From: a virus
Lineage: Duplodnaviria; Caudoviricetes
DNA length: 27,794 nt
Strand: one strand, 5' to 3'
IMG/VR virus record: IMGVR_UViG_3300020176_000071
Location: 1 to 27,794 of that record
The notes beneath the pieces are model-generated. The model was not told the DNA's origin. It made no database searches and was given only the letters and a program-made list of their open reading frames with translations. Both the position numbers and the translations under genes were made by a program. Below, piece by piece: positions 8,375-16,522 of the stretch. Position 1 is the stretch's first letter, and each line of letters opens with the position of its first letter.

Positions 8375-11300
8375 ATGAGAAGCATTTCTTACTCGGCAAT
8401 CGAGAGGGGTGTTGCAGCAACAGCTGGAATAGACCCAACTAGTATTCTAAGCCATGAAAAAGTATTACTGGCAGAATATATAACTGATGCGGTGAAATAC
8501 TGCTGGGATTATTATCCTTGGGCAGAATTTACTAAGACGGAAGTAAGATATTTCCGTGACGAATTTAATCCGTCTAGCACCTACCCAGTCGGGAGTGAGG
8601 TTTACTATGACGGAAAGTATTACAGGAATTACGAAGAGGCTACAGGAGGCACTCCATTAGACCTCTCGCTGTGGTATGAGATTGGTGATATAGATGATGC
8701 ACCAGAATGGGCAGAGAGTGGCTGTTATTATATAGGAGCAAAGGTTAGGTATAAGAATAAACTTTACCTTTGCATTAGTGAGCCAGTTGACCCAATAACA
8801 GCCTACGGAAACCAGCCCTGTTGCTTTGAGGTAAATGGAATAACGCCAGAAAGCTCAAACTTCATGGAGATTAGCATTAAATTTGATCGCTACATTTCTT
8901 ATGAGCAAGTCGGTAAAGATGTTATCGGGACTTGCTTGTCCGTGACCCTAGAAGATCCTCGGTATAGTGATACGACTCCATTAAACTGGAGAGAGGGTAG
9001 AGAAGGAATTTATGTAGACCCACATTCCAAGACATTTAATGAGGTCTGGGTTCGCTACAGGATAGAGTCTCCAGTTTTTACTTCGGACAGTGCAGATGAA
9101 GATGTCCCAAATTTCTTGGCACAGGCAATAAAGGCGTATGCGTATAAACATTGGCTTGTGGGGGATGGTCAGCACGAGAAAGCACAGATCCAAGATGTGT
9201 ATGGGCTAGACCTTCTGGTTCGGGAACTGGATAAGTTAGATAGCCAGCAAGACAGGGCTGCACCATTTACGATTACGAAAGAGCCTTATAGGAGGCTTAA
9301 TGCAAAGCAGAGCCATAAAGCACCGATTACTGCAGAGCAAATTGCAGCAGTCAAGAAAGGGCTGGCAGAAGTTGCTATGTCAGTGGACACAGACTTTAAG
9401 GGTAAAAATGCTGTGGTAAAGGCAATCATTGATGGTGACCCAATACTGGATCTAATTGTAACAGCTCTCAATATTGTGCGAAAAGGTTACCCACAAATCT
9501 TCTTAAGGGTGAAGCCTGATGTCCGTGCGAAAAATGCAGCCCAGTATGGAGAAACACAAGTTTACACTAAAGTTTTTACAGGCAAGGCATACCGCTCTAT
9601 TAACATAGGTCAGGTAAAGGCTCTAAAGCTCAATGTAGTTTGGAGTCCTCCGATCAATGGAAGTGTGAGAGTTTACTCATCTCAAGTTGCAAGAAACTGT
9701 GTAAAGCAGTCTGCAATTAAATTAATCCCCACAAAAATTTCCTGTGGTTCGGTGATTGGCTATAATCCAGTAAAGACAGATAATGCTTATCTTGCTGCCG
9801 TAATTACTACGCAAAATGTCCAAGCTAAGAATATAGTAGGTCAGGGTGTGAGCATTGCACCTATAAGTATTGCTGGTGTTTTTAATGGTAGGAATGTAGT
9901 TCAGCGTGGGTACAGTACGGCTGCTATCGCAATCACTGACATAACCCAAGGGGATAATATTGTAGTCAAGGGTATATCGACAGCTTCAGCATTAATAGAC
10001 ACTCAATTTGCTGGTAAAAATGCAATAGTAAAAGGTCAAACCACTATGTCACTTGCTGCTAATTTAACTGTGATTCATATAAGGGAAAGACAAAGAGAGG
10101 CATCAACAGAAATAACTTATAAACTTGCTAATAATCGGGATAGCAATGTGCAGTTATGGAACAGTCGCACCACTCCACTTTCTGACAGCAGGTTAGGCTT
10201 GTCATCAATTCCTTCATCTGGGTCTGGTAATGTTAGTCATATATTGTTTGAAACAATAGGTAGAAGGACGCAGCCAGAATTAGGTCAAACTTACTTAGGT
10301 ACTCAAGCTAGAAGAATCGCTTCAGTGCAACTTGATGAATTTTTTAATACAAACCAGCAGTTTAAATTAGTGCATACTAATGACTTTGGAAATGAAACAT
10401 TTTTTAATAACAAGTCAGTAGACTGGTACGATTTACCTAACACTGCAACTGACTCAAATTCTGGTTTTCATACAACAAGAAATATTTATGAGAATATGCT
10501 GCTGGTTGGGCAAACTCCTATAAATATTCATTTACCAGAATATAGTAATGGTGAAGCGGAGGAAAACATACAAGGGTATGTAATCGCATATTTACAGCAG
10601 CCAAGGACAAATGTCAGTGCATACACTGGCACTCGCCAGATTCATTTCGGACACTTTACTGAGCTGTTTCCATCTAACACTACTTCAGCACATGGGTATG
10701 GTGAATTTGATCAAATTGCAGCAAGTTCAACCAAAGCAAATCACCCTCGTGGGCTGTTTTCTGACAACTTCCAGTATTTGTCTGGAAATGAAAACGATCC
10801 AGAAGTTTGGCAAAAAAATAATGGGTATATGATCAAGTTTAGGATTTTAATAGAAAATGCTAGACCAAATACACCCTATGGATTCGGGTATGGAACAACT
10901 GACTTAATGCTTGATAGTTATGCTTACATGGAGTCCGTATATTTAACAGGCTCAAGTGGAACTTTAGGTAGTAATACTTATCAAAAAATTCCTGTAACTG
11001 TAACAGGTGGGTACTGCATAGACCAAAACTACGCAATAGATTTTGATAACCCTGTTCAGGCACAGGACACAGCACTAATTCAGAATGTTGTATTTGCAGC
11101 ACAAAAAGATAGTGCAGATTTATCTGGAGAGTACTGGAAATACAATCAACCTCCAGCACCTTACAGGGAGCACTGTATTGTTCATAATAACACGAGCCAA
11201 GACCCTTGGTTTAATAAGACAGGATTAAGTACTAGTGACGGCACATGGGATCAGTTATCTATGCCATTTACCTGCAATGTAATACCAGATGGATTACCAG

Positions 11301-11413
11301 CCACTTTCCCAAATACATTTGGCAAGTCAGCAGCTGCTAATTGGGCAAACAATGATTGGGTCACTATCGGGCAATGCACAAACAAAAATGTAGTCATTGC
11401 CGAAAAGGAATAA
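8375..11413 (+). CDS. Head-tail adaptor (P22 gp4/T7 gp11-like) fused to CBM-like repeats, ~21-aa repeats and a large C-terminal domain
   Basis: The first ~290 aa have the adaptor pattern (YITDAVKYCWDYYPW...VPNFLAQAI...DGQHEKA). The remainder is repeats plus a ~440-aa beta-rich domain. Confidence 0.7.
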   Translation: MRSISYSAIERGVAATAGIDPTSILSHEKVLLAEYITDAVKYCWDYYPWAEFTKTEVRYFRDEFNPSSTYPVGSEVYYDGKYYRNYEEATGGTPLDLSLWYEIGDIDDAPEWAESGCYYIGAKVRYKNKLYLCISEPVDPITAYGNQPCCFEVNGITPESSNFMEISIKFDRYISYEQVGKDVIGTCLSVTLEDPRYSDTTPLNWREGREGIYVDPHSKTFNEVWVRYRIESPVFTSDSADEDVPNFLAQAIKAYAYKHWLVGDGQHEKAQIQDVYGLDLLVRELDKLDSQQDRAAPFTITKEPYRRLNAKQSHKAPITAEQIAAVKKGLAEVAMSVDTDFKGKNAVVKAIIDGDPILDLIVTALNIVRKGYPQIFLRVKPDVRAKNAAQYGETQVYTKVFTGKAYRSINIGQVKALKLNVVWSPPINGSVRVYSSQVARNCVKQSAIKLIPTKISCGSVIGYNPVKTDNAYLAAVITTQNVQAKNIVGQGVSIAPISIAGVFNGRNVVQRGYSTAAIAITDITQGDNIVVKGISTASALIDTQFAGKNAIVKGQTTMSLAANLTVIHIRERQREASTEITYKLANNRDSNVQLWNSRTTPLSDSRLGLSSIPSSGSGNVSHILFETIGRRTQPELGQTYLGTQARRIASVQLDEFFNTNQQFKLVHTNDFGNETFFNNKSVDWYDLPNTATDSNSGFHTTRNIYENMLLVGQTPINIHLPEYSNGEAEENIQGYVIAYLQQPRTNVSAYTGTRQIHFGHFTELFPSNTTSAHGYGEFDQIAASSTKANHPRGLFSDNFQYLSGNENDPEVWQKNNGYMIKFRILIENARPNTPYGFGYGTTDLMLDSYAYMESVYLTGSSGTLGSNTYQKIPVTVTGGYCIDQNYAIDFDNPVQAQDTALIQNVVFAAQKDSADLSGEYWKYNQPPAPYREHCIVHNNTSQDPWFNKTGLSTSDGTWDQLSMPFTCNVIPDGLPATFPNTFGKSAAANWANNDWVTIGQCTNKNVVIAEKE
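9340..10075 (+). repeat. Degenerate ~21-aa protein repeat (G/A-x-N-x-V-x-K/x-G)
   Basis: GKNAVVKA, ALNIVRKG, AKNAAQYG, ARNCVKQS, GYNPVKTD, AKNIVGQG, GRNVVQRG, GDNIVVKG, GKNAIVKG. The first three and the last four are spaced exactly 21 aa apart. Confidence 0.75.
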
Positions 11414-11448
11414 TTTTAACCAACTAAAAACAAGAGAGGATATATAAA

Positions 11449-11880
11449 ATGAGTCAAGCAACAGATTATTTAGAGGAGAAAATTTTAGATGCCATGGCAA
11501 CGCTGGGCAGCTTTGATTTTGCTTCTGGAACAGTAACGAGTGGAGCAGGTGGATACATTGGTCTCTTTACTTCAGCACCTTCTGACAGCTCTGCTGGTAC
11601 TGAGGTCTCAGGTTCAGGCACTGCTTATGAACGCATTCAGATCGGTTCTACTGGACAGGGTAGCTTTAATGCTGCTGCTGGTGGAGAGATCGACAACGAT
11701 GCAGAATTTCGCTGGGCTGATGCGTTAGCTGACTGGGGTACAATCACCCATGTAGGATTATTTGACGCAGCAACAGGTGGCAACTTGCTCGTCTACGGAC
11801 AACTTCAAAGTTCCGTAGTCATAGAGCTAGGTGATATCTTTAAAGTACCAGCTAACGGATTTACCATTCAAATGAACTAA
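11449..11880 (+). CDS. Small virion structural/tail-fibre-associated protein
   Basis: Pattern DYLE..ILD, YIGLFTSAP.D, GTEVSG..Y.R, WGTITHVGLFDAATGGNLL is a widespread small phage structural family. GAGG lies upstream. Confidence 0.8.
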   Translation: MSQATDYLEEKILDAMATLGSFDFASGTVTSGAGGYIGLFTSAPSDSSAGTEVSGSGTAYERIQIGSTGQGSFNAAAGGEIDNDAEFRWADALADWGTITHVGLFDAATGGNLLVYGQLQSSVVIELGDIFKVPANGFTIQMN

Positions 11881-12305
11881 TGCCCTCTTGGGCTATAGTT
11901 TTATTAATCTTCTTTTTAGGTAGTTGTAGCATGAAGTCCCTCTTGCCTCCCACTCTTGCGGTGGTAGGTGGAGGGGCTGGTGCAGCAGTGACCGCAGGAT
12001 CGCCAGCAGGTGCAGCTCTAGGGGCTGGGGTTGGTAGTGCTGCTGGGTCTTTAATAGTTATGGACTCAAATGCGAGGGAAGATAAAAAAATGATGGTAGA
12101 TGCTTTAACTTCTGGAGATGTTGACGCACTGGTGGAGACAAAACTTAAGGCTGCTAAGGATGGTGGTTTTTTCGATTCTATTCTAGCAGAAGTCTATGGG
12201 GTCATAAAACTTTGCGTTATTGGCTTAGCCTTATGGTTTATCGTACCGATGGTTTATTCTCACTGGAGGGCAAAAAAATCAGAAGACAGATGGAACAGAA
12301 TTTAG
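11880..12305 (+). CDS. Lipoprotein with glycine zipper and C-terminal transmembrane helix (u-spanin-like architecture)
   Basis: Signal peptide ending FFLGS-C16, Gly/Ala zipper GGGAGAAVTAGSPAGAALGAGVG, TM VIKLCVIGLALWFIVPMVY followed by a basic tail. Confidence 0.55.
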   Translation: MPSWAIVLLIFFLGSCSMKSLLPPTLAVVGGGAGAAVTAGSPAGAALGAGVGSAAGSLIVMDSNAREDKKMMVDALTSGDVDALVETKLKAAKDGGFFDSILAEVYGVIKLCVIGLALWFIVPMVYSHWRAKKSEDRWNRI

Positions 12306-12523
12306 TATTTTATGCACTGCAAGTAGTCTCTGGTGTTCTGTTTGCTGTAGGTGGATTCATGATCAAATCCGTGTTCGGAGAAATGAAATGTCAATCCCTT
12401 AGGATTAATAAACTGGAAGTGGATATGGCTAAAAACACAACCGAGAATGAGACACTATTCAAGAGGCTCGATGGTATTGAGACAAAACTAGATAAACTAC
12501 TGGAAAGCTGGAGGAATAGGTAG
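12290..12523 (+). CDS. Single-TM coiled-coil membrane protein (holin-like candidate)
   Basis: In-frame ATG at 12290. TM LVFYALQVVSGVLFAVGGFMI, then heptads RINKLE...RLDGIETKLDKLL. Confidence 0.55.
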   Translation: MEQNLVFYALQVVSGVLFAVGGFMIKSVFGEMKCQSLRINKLEVDMAKNTTENETLFKRLDGIETKLDKLLESWRNR

Positions 12524-14046
12524 TGCCTAAGTTTCGTAGCCATGGACAATTAGACGATCCCTACCTTGAGGATGGGGATGGTATGTTTGTTGGTATGGAT
12601 GCGTATACCGAACCTACCTTGCTGCCTGAGGGAATGGTTCAGTTCAGTGTCAATATGCGGTTTGATCAGGGTACAGCACGAGTGCGCAAGGGCTTAAAAA
12701 AGGTGCGCGAGATTGCAGGAATACAAAACCTATTGTCATTCCGAGACCCTGATGGAACAAATGACATTTTGGCTGTAACAAACAACGCTCTTCTCGGAGT
12801 TACTAATCCCACCAAGGTCTTGACACTGGCAAATCCAGTAGGCAATGGGTATGCGATTCAAGCCTTCAATGAGGTTATAGTTTTTGATGAAGGGCAACGC
12901 CCTCAGTTCTCAGATGGCGATAATTCTTTTACAGCATTTCCAGCCACACCTACAGTAAATCAACCAGCGTTCACGCAATGCCCAAACGCAGGGTTTGGGA
13001 CTTATATGTCTAATAGACTGATAGTACCAGATTATGCAGATTCCAGTACGACAGTACTAATTAGTGATCTACTGGATAAAAATAATTTCCAGATAGGAAC
13101 AGGAGAATTTTTTGTAAACAAGGGAACAAACGATAAGACAGTTGCTTTTTGTCCGTACCAAGAATCTCAGATTTTGGTCTTAAATGAGAACAGCATACAT
13201 ATTATTGGTAATGTCCATTCGCTGGACTCAACAAGCTTTGAGATTACTAGGCAGTATGGAATCGCAGGGACTAGGGCTTTTGCACAAAATGGCAGCTATA
13301 TTTACTTTGTATCAAGTGAGGGAGACATACAAGTTTTAGTGCCTAGTAGTGACCCAGCAAAAGGGTTAGGCATTAGTGTCAGTAAGATTAATTTAGACCA
13401 AGAGCCATTGTCGAAAAAAATTACCCCATTGGTCGAAAGATTTAATCTAGACGCTATTGATAAGTGCATTGTTCATTACCATAAGAACCGAGTTTATTTT
13501 GCAGTCCCTTACATTATTGACCCAGCTAATCCACCGACAGAGCCTAATGTCTTACTGGTGTATAACTCGTTGCAGTCAATGTGGGAAAGTGTCGATATTT
13601 TACCAGTCGGCATAAAAGCTATATCTAGTCTTTTAGGAAAATTATATATAGCTAGTTCTGATGCGGTCTTTGAGTATGAGTCGGCAATAGATGATGATGG
13701 GACTTTAATTAATGGTAAGCTAATTACACGGCAGTATATTTTAGGCAGCCGTGATATTAAGAAATTTGTCCGTGGGACTATTGGGTATGCTGCTGAAAAT
13801 GGCAGTAGCACAATTGTAAATGTTTACACTAAAAACCCAGACAGCACTATAATTTCAAGGGTAATAATAGAGGATGATGATGATTTTGACAGACTCACCA
13901 GATTTAATGCTCGCAAGCGTGGGTACAGTGCTAATGTGGAGGTCAATGCCACTAGTGGTGCAAACTTGCAGACAGAGATTAAGAGAGTAACCCTAGAGGG
14001 CTTTGTCGGTAGCGGTAGGGCAGGAGGCGTGTACGATGGCAATTAA
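12523..14046 (+). CDS. Tail nozzle / DNA stabilisation protein (P22 gp10/T7 gp12-like beta-propeller)
   Basis: 507 aa, beta-rich blades (NRLIV, IYFVS, RVYFAVP, LLVYN...WES), TRQY..G near the C-terminus. Downstream of the adaptor; GTG start overlaps the previous stop. Confidence 0.75.
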   Translation: MPKFRSHGQLDDPYLEDGDGMFVGMDAYTEPTLLPEGMVQFSVNMRFDQGTARVRKGLKKVREIAGIQNLLSFRDPDGTNDILAVTNNALLGVTNPTKVLTLANPVGNGYAIQAFNEVIVFDEGQRPQFSDGDNSFTAFPATPTVNQPAFTQCPNAGFGTYMSNRLIVPDYADSSTTVLISDLLDKNNFQIGTGEFFVNKGTNDKTVAFCPYQESQILVLNENSIHIIGNVHSLDSTSFEITRQYGIAGTRAFAQNGSYIYFVSSEGDIQVLVPSSDPAKGLGISVSKINLDQEPLSKKITPLVERFNLDAIDKCIVHYHKNRVYFAVPYIIDPANPPTEPNVLLVYNSLQSMWESVDILPVGIKAISSLLGKLYIASSDAVFEYESAIDDDGTLINGKLITRQYILGSRDIKKFVRGTIGYAAENGSSTIVNVYTKNPDSTIISRVIIEDDDDFDRLTRFNARKRGYSANVEVNATSGANLQTEIKRVTLEGFVGSGRAGGVYDGN

Positions 14047-14560
14047 GGCTTTAGTGATTCCTGCCGATCCTCCCGAAGTAGGGAGCGATATCTTAACAGC
14101 ACTAAGAAATATTGGCGCTCCAGAAGTTTTTGTCCCGACTGATAAGATCACCATTGGTGCTGGTGAGACCTTACAGATAGATGGCACACTTGTGGTCAAT
14201 GGGACAATATCTGGCAGTGGTGCTCCTACAGGTGGTGGATCTGGTACTGGAGGAGCAACAGCCCTTAATGGGTTAAATGATGTTTCCATAGCAGCCCTAG
14301 ATATCGGTGACATTTTAAAGTGGGACGGAACGGCTTTTACAAACCAAAGTGATGCTGTAGGGGCTACTAGCTTTGCCATAGGGGACTTGACGGATGTGAC
14401 CGCATCAAGCTATGCAGATAACTCAGTTTTACAGTACGACAGTGCGAGCTCAAAATGGATTGCTCGTGATGCTGTTCAGTTTATCGAGGGAAATATAGAT
14501 GGGGGCGTAGCTTCGTCAACTTACAGTATTGATCTTAACATAGATGGGGGTGGGGCATGA
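14036..14560 (+). CDS. Tail fibre proximal component
   Basis: AGGAGG before ATG 14036. Two L.DV...L.(W/Y)D...(F/W) fibre repeats and two terminal IDGG motifs. Confidence 0.75.
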   Translation: MAIKALVIPADPPEVGSDILTALRNIGAPEVFVPTDKITIGAGETLQIDGTLVVNGTISGSGAPTGGGSGTGGATALNGLNDVSIAALDIGDILKWDGTAFTNQSDAVGATSFAIGDLTDVTASSYADNSVLQYDSASSKWIARDAVQFIEGNIDGGVASSTYSIDLNIDGGGA

Positions 14561-14796
14561 GTGTTCGGAGAATACAGATTCGGAGGTCTACAGCTGTAGA
14601 GTGGAACGATAGGAATCCTACACTTCACCAAGGTGAACTAGGCTTAGATATCACCAACAAAAGAATTAAAATCGGAGATGGTTTCACAAGCTGGGATCAA
14701 CTCCAATACATCGACAAAACAGCAATGGATGAAATTAGGCAAGAGTATGGGGATGAGGTCTCATTCATTACACAATATGAACTACATAAGGAGTAA
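14557..14796 (+). CDS. Mtd_N/hyaluronidase-N-like fibre adaptor domain protein
   Basis: RIQIRRSTAVEW...NPTL..GELG.D....KIGDG.TSW..L.Y is the Mtd N-terminal domain pattern, here stand-alone in 79 aa. ATGA overlap with the previous gene. Confidence 0.85.
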   Translation: MSVRRIQIRRSTAVEWNDRNPTLHQGELGLDITNKRIKIGDGFTSWDQLQYIDKTAMDEIRQEYGDEVSFITQYELHKE

Positions 14797-14801
14797 ACAA
14801 A

Positions 14802-15251
14802 ATGGCAGAACCAACAGATATATTAGGTAAAATCGGCAAGAAAGTTGCCACAGAAATCAAAGCAGTCAAGGATGGCATTACAGGCTTAAGTAATGTTTCG
14901 GGTGACCTAACTATCGGGGGAAGTCTAACAGTTAATGGTGAGACTACCACTTTGCAGACAGCAACGCTTGCGGTAGAGGACAATATTATTGAGCTTAATA
15001 AAACTGCGACTGGTGAAAAAGGTGCAGACACTGCTGGTATTGCTGTAAAGCTAGGAACTGACCCAGATGCTACTTTAATTTGGGATGATACCACAGCAGA
15101 GAAAAACTGGAGTTTCAAAAAAGGTACAGCCTTGGCAGATGTTTCTGCTAACATTGCAGCACCTGATGGGGATGGTGTAAAGATCAACACTGTAAGTGTA
15201 GGAGACTACGCATCTTTTGAGACTGAGCTAAACACAATCCTAAATCCTTAA
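14802..15251 (+). CDS. Tail fibre segment protein A
   Basis: AAGGAG SD; GDLTIGGSLTVNGETTT...VEDNIIELN fibre motif; paralogous to the next gene. Confidence 0.8.
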   Translation: MAEPTDILGKIGKKVATEIKAVKDGITGLSNVSGDLTIGGSLTVNGETTTLQTATLAVEDNIIELNKTATGEKGADTAGIAVKLGTDPDATLIWDDTTAEKNWSFKKGTALADVSANIAAPDGDGVKINTVSVGDYASFETELNTILNP

Positions 15252-15254
15252 GTC

Positions 15255-16193
15255 ATGCCAGCACCAACAGACATTCTGGGGAAGATCGGTCAAGCGATAG
15301 CTGCCGAGGTTAATACGATTCAAGAGCTGGTTGATAACTTAAATGAGATCACTGGGGATCTCACAGTAACTGGCAACCTAACAGTCAATGGTACGACTAC
15401 CACAATAAATGCCACCACACTTCAGGTTGAAGACAATATCATTGAGCTGAATAAAACTGAGAGTGGTGCGATGGGTTCAGCTACTTCTGGGATTCAGGTG
15501 CACTTGGGTCAGGAAGCTGATGCATATAATACACAAAACTACAGAGATACGAGTGCAGCAGATTTTGATGCGCACTGGGGTGTAACAGCTGAAGGTATTA
15601 CGATATATGATAACCCGACTGCTTACACACTTTCAGGAGGTGGGTCGGCAACTATGACTACCGATTTAGCCGATGGCACTCAAAATGTTGAGGGTGTAAT
15701 TAGAAGGAGGCACTTTTTTAGGGTTGTGGCTGGTAGTTACTCCTATGATTATGCTGTTATGCTGGAGAGTGGCACACCTCGTGTAGTTAATGGGGTTACT
15801 GGAAATGGCTTGTATGTGGAAGACTGGAGTGATGGGGTTACAGCAGGAGGTACAGCACCACGATCAGGCAAGAGTCAATTAATTGGAGTTTGGAATGTTG
15901 CTGGCATTCAAGCAATAGAAAATGGCTGGTCGATTGATTGGAAGACTGACACTCACGCTGGTCTTACAAATATTGTTGTAAACTCATTAACATTTGAGGA
16001 GTCGTTTACCCCACTTAATCCTGCGACTATTATTTGGAATAATAATACTAGCAGATGGGAGATTAAGAGTGGATCAGATGTCGCTAATGTTAAGGCTAAC
16101 TTCAAAATTGCATCTGGTACTGCCCTTACTTTGAACGGAGTTGCTTTTGGTGACTACAATAATTTCTTAGCAGGGTATATTTACACTCCATAG
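15255..16193 (+). CDS. Tail fibre segment protein B (paralogue of A with internal insertion)
   Basis: Shares PTDILGKIG, GDLT..G.LTVNG.TTT, VEDNIIELNKT, GI.V.LG, AT.IW and GDY..F with A. Confidence 0.8.
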   Translation: MPAPTDILGKIGQAIAAEVNTIQELVDNLNEITGDLTVTGNLTVNGTTTTINATTLQVEDNIIELNKTESGAMGSATSGIQVHLGQEADAYNTQNYRDTSAADFDAHWGVTAEGITIYDNPTAYTLSGGGSATMTTDLADGTQNVEGVIRRRHFFRVVAGSYSYDYAVMLESGTPRVVNGVTGNGLYVEDWSDGVTAGGTAPRSGKSQLIGVWNVAGIQAIENGWSIDWKTDTHAGLTNIVVNSLTFEESFTPLNPATIIWNNNTSRWEIKSGSDVANVKANFKIASGTALTLNGVAFGDYNNFLAGYIYTP

Positions 16194-16198
16194 TAATA

Positions 16199-16522
16199 AT
16201 GCCTGACACTATATTAGGGCAGATTGGGACAGCTGTAGGAGGGTGGTTTCACCCTCTTGCAATGTCTTCGGCTACCACTGAGAGTAAGGATTATTTTAAT
16301 GAACTTTCGTACTCAGATGGTAGCCTCTCTGCCATTAATGTTTATGTGGATAATTCAAAGACCCAGCACTTGTACAACAAGGTCTTTACATATGATTCTA
16401 CAAAAAGATTAATTGGTGTAGTGACTACAAAATATGGAGAACTTGATAATAGGACTTACACTCAGGCAATAGCATACGATGAAGATGGTAATGTCTCATC
16501 AATTACAAAGGATTACGCATAA
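16199..16522 (+). CDS. Tail fibre segment protein C with YD-repeat-like hairpins
   Basis: N-terminal ILGQIG as in A and B; FTYDSTKRLIGV and IAYDEDGNVSSI. Confidence 0.7.
   Translation: MPDTILGQIGTAVGGWFHPLAMSSATTESKDYFNELSYSDGSLSAINVYVDNSKTQHLYNKVFTYDSTKRLIGVVTTKYGELDNRTYTQAIAYDEDGNVSSITKDYA

Noticed and set aside
12212-14035. Upstream TTG/GTG starts given in the track (12212, 14003; likewise 2180, 5636, 8021)
   Set aside because: Downstream in-frame ATGs fit better; 14036 has an SD and 5648 overlaps the upstream stop.
14557-14796. Diversity-generating retroelement suggested by the Mtd_N domain
   Set aside because: No reverse transcriptase and no template/variable repeat pair differing at adenines was seen. 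Mtd_N is a generic fibre domain.
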